From Octopus sinensis (Eukaryota): a stretch of DNA of 64,000 nt. A program made the position numbers and the translations under genes. How positions within the stretch are numbered: the stretch's first letter is position 1; every line of letters begins with the position of its first letter. The notes under the pieces are model-generated. The model saw only the letters and a program-made list of their open reading frames with translations. It was not told where the DNA came from and made no database searches. The stretch lies in contig NC_043008.1 of assembly GCF_006345805.1 (NCBI RefSeq), forward strand, positions 27,156,001-27,220,000, read 5' to 3'. Shown here piece after piece: positions 54,269 through 64,000 of this stretch.

Positions 54269-54559
54269 TATATGCGCCTACCACAGTCTTGCACTCATAC
54301 ATACATATACGTATACACACGCATTCATACATACATATACATATACACACGCATTCACAATTAAAAAGGGAAAAGGAAAAATAAAATGTATATATAAAAA
54401 TAAAAAATCACTGGAAGTTAAATCATATGGGAAACTTTGCAGGAACATAGTAAAAATGTGGATTCCAGTCGTGATCTAGGTGGACCCAAAACCTTAACAG
54501 ATATTTGGTGACTTGTGATCATGATCCAAAAAGTTCTTGCAATTAGACATGTAGCGGGA

Positions 54560-55150
54560 TCCAAGGAACCTTTCTATATGAGCCATCTTTTCATATTGTA
54601 GATAACGCCACTACAGTTGGTATAAGGTTTACACTTGGCTAAATTCTTCCAGTAAATCCTGTAGCTGTCACCTTGTTCTTTTATGAACTATACATAACTG
54701 GATAATGTGATAGTTTTCCGTTTATTCCAGTGTCTGAAGCTTAAGGTGTGATTGTTAAATCTTGCTTTGAAATTTCCCTGTGTGACCCACAAATCGCTTT
54801 GATGAAACTGCATTATTAGCGTTTGTAGAATTTATGGTGGCTTTGTAAATAATGGCCTCGATCATACAGTCTCCATTTAGCATCCACAAGTCTTTATCTT
54901 TGCAAGAACAGCCAGTTTCGTGTTGTGTTGCATTGTGTGTAATAATGCTTTCAAAGCTTTGTGTGAAACTAAAGCTAATTTTTAGGTTATGCCTATTAAA
55001 ATGTTTTCTATATTTGTGATGTATTGGAAAATGTCCATCTACAAGTGACAAGAAACATTTGCCTAAATTTAAGGTGATTTCAGGGGAGTAATTGGGTGTG
55101 GACCAGATAACTTTCCTGTGTCTGCTTCCTTTCATTATTTCTGGTCTAAT
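54560..55150 (-). mobile_element. PLE linker + GIY-YIG fragment (second family)
   Basis: RKVIWSTPNYS...HFPIHHKYRKHFNRHNLKISFS...CSC...LNGDC...IIYKA (ORF 54755-55135), continuing FKARFNNHTLSFR...LSSYV...W..LAKCKPY. Confidence 0.8.
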
Positions 55151-55205
55151 CGTAGGTGTGTAAGCTATTTCGTGTTTAAATCAACTAGCTTTAAGGATCT
55201 CATTC

Positions 55206-55284
<79 letters not shown>

Positions 55285-55285
<1 letters not shown>

Positions 55286-55455
55286 GTTGAAATTTACAGA
55301 AAAACAAAAGCCTGATGGAGACAGGTGTATAAACAACATGTATTAGTTTGATGCTCGGGAAAGTGAGAAGGTATTTTACATTTCGAGCCTACGCTCATCA
55401 ACAGAAAACATAAGAGAAAATAAACAGAGAGAATGAAAAAAACCGTGGATTTAGC
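55285..55455 (-). repeat. pLTR-like repeat with a variant HHR-like motif at 55374-55408
   Basis: UUUU-CUGUUGA-U-GAGC/guag/GCUC-GAAAU-GU-A-AAAU. Confidence 0.55.
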
Positions 55456-55536
55456 GATTACATATATACATACTTACATATATACATATATATGTGTGTG
55501 TGCATGTGTGTATATATATACACATATGTACACACA

Positions 55537-55640
<104 letters not shown>

Positions 55641-55654
55641 TCTTTTATCTTTTA

Positions 55655-56031
55655 ATTGATTAAGTCATTAGACTGCGGCCATTCTGGAGTACCACCTCAG
55701 AAACTTTAGTCACTGTACTTACTTTACTTTTAAGCCTGGTACTTATTATATTGGTTTGTTGCCGAACCGCTAGTTTAATGTGATGTAGACTCACCAATAC
55801 AGGTTGTCAAGCAGTGGTGTGTGGGTAGAAACACATACATAAAATGTCATACACACACACGTATATACGACGGGCTTCTTTCAATTTCCGTACACCAAAT
55901 CCAGTTACAATGATTTGGTCGGCCCGAAGCTATAGCAGAAGTCACTTGCCCAAGGTGCAACGCAGTGAGAGTGTACCCGGTACTATGTGGCTGGGAAGTT
56001 AACTTTTGACCACACAGCCACGCCCTCGCCT
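55655..56031 (-). mobile_element. Family A SINE, diverged
   Basis: Reverse-complement similarity to family A. Confidence 0.75.
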
Positions 56032-56664
56032 TATATGTACATGTATGTATATATGTACGTATGTATAACGCGAGGATGGGAAAATGGTATATATGCACCA
56101 TTATACATATTTCAATTCCTATTAGAAGTTACAATATTATACATGTCGGAGAAACATGTGACTCATCTCCTACATGTATAATTATGTAATTTCTATTAGC
56201 GCGTGTGACACGTGTAATGGTGAATAACTAATACCTAAAAACTTTTGTCCAACTAGCTGCGTTGATATGCAATTGCTCCGAAAAATATTTTCAAGAATGT
56301 TCAACTTATATCCATAACTAACTTAAATATAATATATATGGCATACAGAAATAGGCAGATGTGCTTCAAGATTACAGTGACGAGGCTTTGGTCGGCCCGA
56401 CGCTTTAGTAGAAGACACGCAGTGTCATGCAGTACGACTGAATCAGGAACAATGTTAAGCAAGCTACTTATCACGTACGCATACGCACGCACACACACAC
56501 TTACATATACTCACACACATATGCACATATACTCCCCCATATATTCATATATAAAGTTATAAATAAAGAGAGAAATTTAACAAGATAAAATTTCTTTAAC
56601 CATTGGAAATCCTCGTTTAACGACGTGTATAGATAATTTATATTATCATGTTTTATAATAATAA

Positions 56665-57004
56665 ATCATCATCGGGTGTTCCTCGGGGGAAGAAATTTCC
56701 ATTCCAAGAATTTCAACAAACCCAATAAACATACCTTTTGAGTATGTTTCCAAGTGCGACTTTGCCTTGCAATATCTGTTAATAAAGCTCAAGGTCAGAC
56801 TTTGAAATCTACTGGCTTGCTTTTCTCATGATCAAATTTATGTTGGTTTCTCCAGGGTTGGTAGCTTGCAAGATTTATTTGTCTATGTTCCAAACTTGGA
56901 AGCAAAGAATGCTGTTTACCCAGAAACTCTCACGTAATTTCCTCCAACATAAGTGGTATAAATGATCTCTTTTCATGAAAATGGTAAATTTTGTATTTAC
57001 GTTA

Positions 57005-57100
<96 letters not shown>

Positions 57101-57145
57101 TAATAATAATAATAACAACAATAATAATAATAATAATGATACTGA

Positions 57146-57233
<88 letters not shown>

Positions 57234-57414
57234 AATAATAATAATATGTATTATGAATTCGGAACTGATTTCTCGATTAAAGAATACATTGTATCACAAT
57301 TAATGAATAAACTGAATTTAGAAGAACATATTTATATACAACATATTTTGCATTTATCTCCGAATATATAAAGAATAATCTAATTCCCGGGTAACGCAGG
57401 GTGCCTCTGCAAGT
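56665..57414 (+). mobile_element. Helitron 3' remnant: helicase C-terminus, AAT/ATT microsatellite and terminal hairpin
   Basis: GEEISIPRI...PF...NKAQGQTLKSTGL...FSHDQIYVGFSRVG...KNAVYPETLT* (56665-56937) matches the PIF1-like Helitron C-terminus. The 3' end CCCGGGTAACGCAGGGTGCCTCTGCAAGT is at 57386-57414. Confidence 0.75.
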
Positions 57415-57554
57415 AACATATAAACCACCATTTTCAGGTAAAATCCTAAACAGGTAAAATATCAAGAAGGTGAGATTTTATCCATCGAAAATAATAAATG
57501 GTCGGAGATCCGTATAATAAATGGTCGGAGATCCGTATAAGAACATTCTTACTT

Positions 57555-57930
57555 TCAAAATAGGAAAGGCACACTCTTAGCAACAGTGATGCAAACTTTG
57601 AGAGAGCTAAGAAGAGACTAAAGAACTTGTTTAAAAACTAGAGCGTGGATATTAACTTAAATATGACCTCACATTTTCTAACTTGTCAGATATAACTCTA
57701 AATCCCAAATCAGGATTATGTTTACCCTTATCATAAACCATCTGAGACTACGTCTACTGTAAGTCACTTTTCCGACCACCCCAAAAGCGTAATAAACTAA
57801 GTTGTATATGGCATCAACAAGAGAATATCACGTCTCACTGATAATAAAAATATATTTAACGCCTATGCTTCTCACTATAACGAAGTCTTAAAAAAGCGGG
57901 ATATAATGAAACTATTAGCTATTTCTCCGC
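57555..57930 (+). mobile_element. PLE RT C-terminal (thumb) fragment
   Basis: Broken frames give YHKPSET...SDHPKSVIN...INKRISRL...YNEVLKK, resembling PLE PYxKP...SNHP...RLS...YxxAL. Confidence 0.6.
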
Positions 57931-58237
57931 AACTAGTAAAAAATGAGATCATATACAGTGAAGTATAAAAAAATATAAATGCATACAGAAACACAATAAC
58001 GTACCACAGTAAAATAAACTGTAAAAATTGAAGAGGTCCTAACAAAGATCAAAACAGGTCCTAAGGAAGATCATAACATCCATAGCAGGACCCCTTAATA
58101 TCAACCGGCGCAATGTAGATTATGCTGTTAATGATGATGATGATCATGACTATGATGATGATGATATGATAAAACTAATAATAGTAGTAGTACTAACAAC
58201 AAAAACAACAAGAATAACAAAAACAACAATAATAATA

Positions 58238-59035
58238 GCAAGGTATGAAAAGCGCGTTAGATTCTTCAAGGACAACAGAATGTTCAAAAACAACCCCAAC
58301 AAGTTTTACAGGAAGATAGGGAAAATACCAGTTATAGTAATGTCTATCTCATCAAAAGAAGTACAAGAATTTTGGAATAAAATTTGGGCAGAAGAAAAAA
58401 TACAATGAAAAAGTCCCCTTGGATTGATAGAATATCTACAAACGTAGACTCCTTAGAAAACCAAAAGTGGGAAGATATCAAGGTACAGGATGTAAGATCT
58501 ACTCTCAATGAGTCAAGCAAATGGAAGTCTCCAGCAAAGGATAAAATTCCTAAATTCTGGTTGAATGCCTTCCCAGAGAGCCATGAACAGCTAACATAAC
58601 TTTACAATAATGTTTCGCAACAACATAGAATTATTCCTTGCAACAACCTAGTATGATTCCCTCTTGGCAGATCAAAATGTCTCAAGAAAAGAATACGAAA
58701 AGCTTTCTCACTATAAAGATCTGCAAATTGAATTCTCAAAACCGTAGAAGCTTTGTACAACGATAACAACAGTAGTAATCGGTGCGTTAGGAATGATAAA
58801 GAAGGGAGCTAAGAAATATATTAAGCAACTTCCTGGTAACTCCAATCTCCGTGAACTACAAAAGATAATCTTGATAGATACAGCCCATGTACTACAGAAG
58901 TCACTTCACCTCTACAATGGAACTAATGCGGTGATAATTTTAGCATTCATAGCAAAACAAAAATGCCCCTGCTACCCTTGGCCTCCGGAAGATGGCCGGT
59001 ACTAACGCAGCTGAAATAGAGTTATAATGAAAGGA
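58238..59035 (+). mobile_element. R4/Dong-type RLE non-LTR retrotransposon remnant with internal deletions
   Basis: FKNNPNKFYRKIG...EFWNKIW; WKSPAKDKIPKFW; EKLSHYKDLQIE; IGALGMIKK...LQKIILIDTAHVLQKSL. Confidence 0.75.
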
Positions 59036-59081
59036 AACAATAAATGATGATGATGATGATTATGACAATAATAATAATAAT

Positions 59082-59157
<76 letters not shown>

Positions 59158-59161
<4 letters not shown>

Positions 59162-59677
59162 GATGGTATAGGCACACACCAGAAAAGGTCACAGAAAACG
59201 AGAAAGCAACCATACTCTGGGATATGCCGATACACACAGATAGAGAAATTAAGGCCAACAGGCCAGATATAGTTGTCAGAGATCATGAAGAAAAAAATGC
59301 TTTCTAATTGATGTATCAATAGCGGCAGATGACAACGTGTCTCTAAAAGAAATGGAGAAACTTTAAAAATACAAATACCTGGAAATAGAGGTAACCAGAA
59401 TGTGGAATCTAAAAACAGAAACAATTCCTATCGTAGTAGGTGCATTAGGCATGATAAAAAAAATATTCAGACAAATACATAACAAAAACACCAGGACTTA
59501 CAAACACATATAACATACAGAAAATTGCACTACTAGGCACTGCACACATCCTACGCAGAACACTTTCCATACAATAACCATCAGAGCATCACAACAAATC
59601 ACAGCACATACCTAAAGCACACAGAGCTGCGATCGGTAGTGAAGTGAAAGCACGCTATAAAAATAAAACTACTGAAT
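59158..59677 (+). mobile_element. 5'-truncated R4/Dong-type element (RLE domain + 3' UTR) inserted in (TAA)n
   Basis: WYRHTPEKVTENEKATILWDMPIHTDREIKANRPDIVV...LIDVSI...KYKYLEIE...PIVVGALG...GTAHILRRTL* (stop at 59575-59577); AAT repeats on both sides. Confidence 0.9.
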
Positions 59678-59687
59678 GATAATAATA

Positions 59688-59720
<33 letters not shown>

Positions 59721-59736
59721 ATCACAATAATAATAG

Positions 59737-61005
59737 GCAGGTTCAAACAAACAGCGTCCACTAAATAAGATACCGACATTACCATCAAGGAACTTGACCC
59801 CCAAAAATGCTATAAATATCTGAGGATAACAACTATCATCTAAGAAAATGCACAAACCAAAAGCAGATGTTGATCGTCTATACCAGTCTAGAAGTAATGG
59901 GGGAAAAGGAATGATGTAGGTAGAAGTGTGCTATAAAACATCCACAATAGGAACGAACAAATAAATATCTAGTTCAGAGAAGCAGATGCTCCAGCTTGTG
60001 TGGAAACACGAATGCTTTCAAATTTGTAAGAGGAAGAACTTGAAACCATTGCCACCAAACAAGAAAAACGGATCAAGCAGACTGCATAAATGAACGGGCA
60101 GAAACAAATTGAGGAGCGGTGGAGCCAGAAGCCTCTGCAGGGACAGTATATAATTCGAAGCTGAAATACTGATGTAGATCAAGTAACAACATATCAGTGG
60201 ATGAGAAGTGCAGGACTGAACGCAGAGACTGAAGGTTTCATATTAGCGCCACTAGATCATATCTTGCTGACCAAAAACTATCAGGCTAATATTCTTCAAA
60301 ACGGTTCTGACCTTTAATGCAAATTCCGCTGTAAATTTGATGAAACAACAGACCATCCCGTCTCTCGGGATGTCCTGGGCTGGCATCAAGCGAATACAAA
60401 AATCCCCACAATATGTTAGGACAAAATTTACACTGGAATTTATGTAAATACTACAATATAAGCGCTCTTGCTTACTAGTATAACCATCATCCTGAGTCAG
60501 TTGTTGAAGGTAAAAATGTCACTACCCACTAGGATTTTCCAATCAACAGCTACAGAAAGATCCAGTCTAATCGACCAGGCATAGCCATTACAGACAGGGA
60601 AGAATATATTTGTTGAGTAATAAATGTGTTCCCACTGATAAAAATATTTCCGTAAAGGAATTTGACAAATTAAGTAAATATAAGGACCTGGAAATTGAAA
60701 CACAAAAGATGTGGCATATTAAACGAGAACTGTTCCTGTTATTGTGGGTGCCATGGGTGTGATAAGGAAGAGAGGTAAGAAATATCTAGATAATATCCCA
60801 GGAGAACCATATCTCAGAGAAATACAAGTACTGCCCACATGCTTAGATAGGCCCTATCAATTTGAATATCTGTGTTATATTGCATGAAGATATTTTATTA
60901 CTGCCCTTGCCACTTACCCTCCAAAAGCTTTCAGCCATGCTGTAACATATCTTATCCTTCACTCGCCCTAGTATGCTGTAACAAACTTGCAAATTAAAAG
61001 TACAT
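59737..61005 (+). mobile_element. R4/Dong-type element fragment (late RT, CCHC region, RLE)
   Basis: KADVDRLY; AETEGFILAPLDH; DETTDH; KYKDLEIETQKMW; VPVIVGAMGVI in broken frames. Confidence 0.8.
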
Positions 61006-61084
61006 AATAATAATAATGATAATAATAATAACAACAATAACAACAAAAACAACAACAACAACAATAATAATAATAATAATAATA

Positions 61085-61633
61085 GATGCAGTACCAGGCA
61101 GTGGCTCTCATGGCTTCTGATCTTAACTGATTGGAAGTGTTATCATGTACATTTTTTTGTCTTGGTATAAAAGATGGGCTACAGCAAATATTCTGCTCAA
61201 TACCACAGATTTGCTTGTCAGTTGTTTGACCTTAACCAGTTGAGCATGCCCCTTAGTGGCTGACGATATGTGCATCTCTGATCACGAGCAGAAGTAGTGG
61301 GGGAGCATCATAGCCATGTGTTGAGAAGGATTCTTTGGGGTTTGAATAATTCACCTCTGGAAACATAGGTGTTTCGTTCAACGTCCTTAAACAACCCTTA
61401 TTCAGGGACCTTTTGAGCGGGATGGGTTACTCGATCTGAAGAAAATTCTAACTGGGCTCCACCTGCAAGGTCATGTGCTGTTTATCTTGATATGAGATCA
61501 CCATGTCGCGCACATATGGTTGTGATGCATGTGCCTGGTGTACCCTTATCAGACAGGTAGTCATGATGGGTATACTGGGCTTCGTATATTTTACCCCAGT
61601 GTCACTTTGATGGCATGCTCTGCTCGCTCACTC
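61085..61633 (+). repeat. Family F non-coding repeat embedded in (TAA)n (longer copy)
   Basis: Matches 40128-40590 in the opposite orientation; AAT repeats on both flanks. Confidence 0.8.
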
Positions 61634-61673
<40 letters not shown>

Positions 61674-62779
61674 GTAATAATAATAATAATTGTATTGACA
61701 CTATCGGTAATGCTAATTATAATTATAATTATATTTATAATTATGATGGCAGTAGTAACAACAGTAATATTGATAATAATTACAGCTTTAACATTCACAG
61801 CCATGGCAATAAGAGTAGCTACTTCAGCCTCTAACAGTATTAGCTCATCATTAGCAGTACTAACTATCCTACTAGCAGCAATAGTGACAAGTAGCAGTAA
61901 TAGTTTATATGACGACATACACTTTAATCCTGATAATGGCAAAACCAACCTCAATACCGCCCACAGTGATTCTAATAAACATGATTATTTTGTAGCTGTT
62001 TATAATCTAGGTAGCTATATTAACTATCACCATCACAATGAAAGTGATACTACCAGTATTCACAAACCCGTTAATTCTTACGTAACCCTAGGTAATGCGA
62101 GTAATTCACTCTCGGCGATCCTCCAATAACACTGAGAGTCCATTACACTCTTAAACTACATGATTGTAAAAGCAAACTTCTGTACACTCTCAATAATTTC
62201 TACCACACTAAAACTATTATCTATAGATGTGATATAATGACTAATTTAACAGCATTTACCTACAGCGGTTAAATTTCTTGCAAATTTAAGCGGCGATTAT
62301 ATAGAGCTACTGCTTCGTTACTGAGAAAATTTGGGAAGTAAAAAACGAGAAAATTAGATTCCAAATTACCTGAAAAATAGTAACAAGTGCATTACCCTAT
62401 TCAAATGATAGATATGGGCAAAGGGTTTAATGCGTTGAATTATGGAAACTTAAGGTGAGATGCTTGCACTACATTAGAAACATATTTGCAGAATTTAAGC
62501 CGGTTACTACGATATTTGAGTTCTCAGCTTGTGTTGAACTATGCTTTGTACATAGTTAAGTATACTCGATTCATTCTAATATCATTAAATATTATTTACT
62601 TGTTTATCGCATTTAAACTTTTATATCCAATAACAAGGGAAATGTTGAACAGTCCAGTGTATGACATCCTTGTCCATATTATTCTTCCGTCTACGCGTTC
62701 TTAATATATGCCCATTTATTCATTTATTATCATATACATACATATATGTATATATAAGTATATATGTGAATATATATAT

Positions 62780-62827
<48 letters not shown>

Positions 62828-62861
62828 ATATATATACATATACATACATATATAATATATA

Positions 62862-62915
<54 letters not shown>

Positions 62916-62916
62916 T

Positions 62917-63056
62917 GTAGGTCCCGGGTGATTCGGGGTTAACCACAGTAAATAAGGTACTCAATACATAGCAGAGTAAAATTAATTTATTATATAGAAG
63001 GAGCTTCTACAGGACTAGAACTGTTTCATTCAAGAGAAATCATCAGGAAGCTAGTT
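62917..63056 (-). mobile_element. HHR-motif element, same family as 44684-44817, abutting (TA)n
   Basis: Nearly identical to 44684-44817 (reverse complement). Motif ACUAG-cuuc-CUGAUGA-UUUC/ucuu/GAAU-GAAAC-A-GUU-CUAGU at 63014-63056. Confidence 0.8.
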
Positions 63057-64000
63057 AACAAGAATTGTTTTGGCATTTATACATTTAGGCAGGTTTAAAG
63101 GTGGGGGACTTTTGGGGGGTAGGCATAGCGCAAAAATATCATACTTAGGGGAGTGGTCAAGGAGTCAGTGGTAAAGTAGATAAAAGAATAAATAAAAGAA
63201 TAAAAAAAATAAATAGAAGAATAGAGTTTTAGGTAAACATACATACAAATATATACATACACACATACACATACACACATACACACTCATATATACATAC
63301 ACACATGCACACACATGTCCATATATACACATATATATATATATACATATGTGTACCTATACATACCTACACATACACACATATACATACACATACAAAC
63401 CCATTCCCTTATTTTAATTTTATTATTTTCATTTATTACTTTTGTTATCTTTGACCGCGGTCACACGCATCTTGGCTATCGTCCCCCTGGGGACGACAGC
63501 AAGTCCATTTATCTTTCTACTCGAACACAAGCACTCACTCACGCACGCACACTCATTCGCACGCACACACACTCATTCGTACACTCATACACATACACGC
63601 ACGCACGCGTTATATTCATACATACATACATCTACATACATTCACATATATACACATACGTACGCGTACCTACAGATTCATGTCTACACGCTTACACATA
63701 CATACCTCAATACACCCACAGAAGACTAGTCCATACTTATACACCAATAAATATATATACACATATACATATACACCTACATACACATACATACACATAC
63801 ACATATATATATACGTAAATGTACATACATATACATACATCTATACATACATACATATATACACATACACACACCCACACATATACATATACATATATAT
63901 ACACACACATACATATACATACATATATACATATATACATATATATATATACACATATATATATATATATATGTATACATATATATATATATACATACAT

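Overview
AT-rich, microsatellite-saturated eukaryotic DNA, probably intergenic or intronic. The SINE and repeat families resemble those of Octopus (coleoid cephalopod); this is inference, not a database match. I found no convincing host protein-coding exon, true tRNA/rRNA gene or intact transposon ORF, and almost all track ORFs are microsatellite artefacts. The window is a mosaic of decayed mobile elements: GIY-YIG Penelope-like elements (PLEs) of two families, CR1/L2-type and RTE LINEs, R4/Dong-type RLE retrotransposons clustered in (TAA)n tracts, Tc1, mariner, probable piggyBac and Helitron remnants, and at least five tRNA-derived SINE families. The main hidden signal is about 15 type I hammerhead-ribozyme (HHR)-like motifs, found by eye. 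Two are fully canonical (37433-37537 and 3886-3948, both minus) and others have an intact core. They lie in short non-coding elements, often embedded in (TA)n and carrying 5' fold-back inversions typical of PLE/retrozyme retroposition. One 484-nt tandem element has an inverted arm starting at about the predicted self-cleavage site, and one family shares a non-canonical CUGUnGA core. Boundaries of decayed elements are approximate; ribozyme activity is untested.
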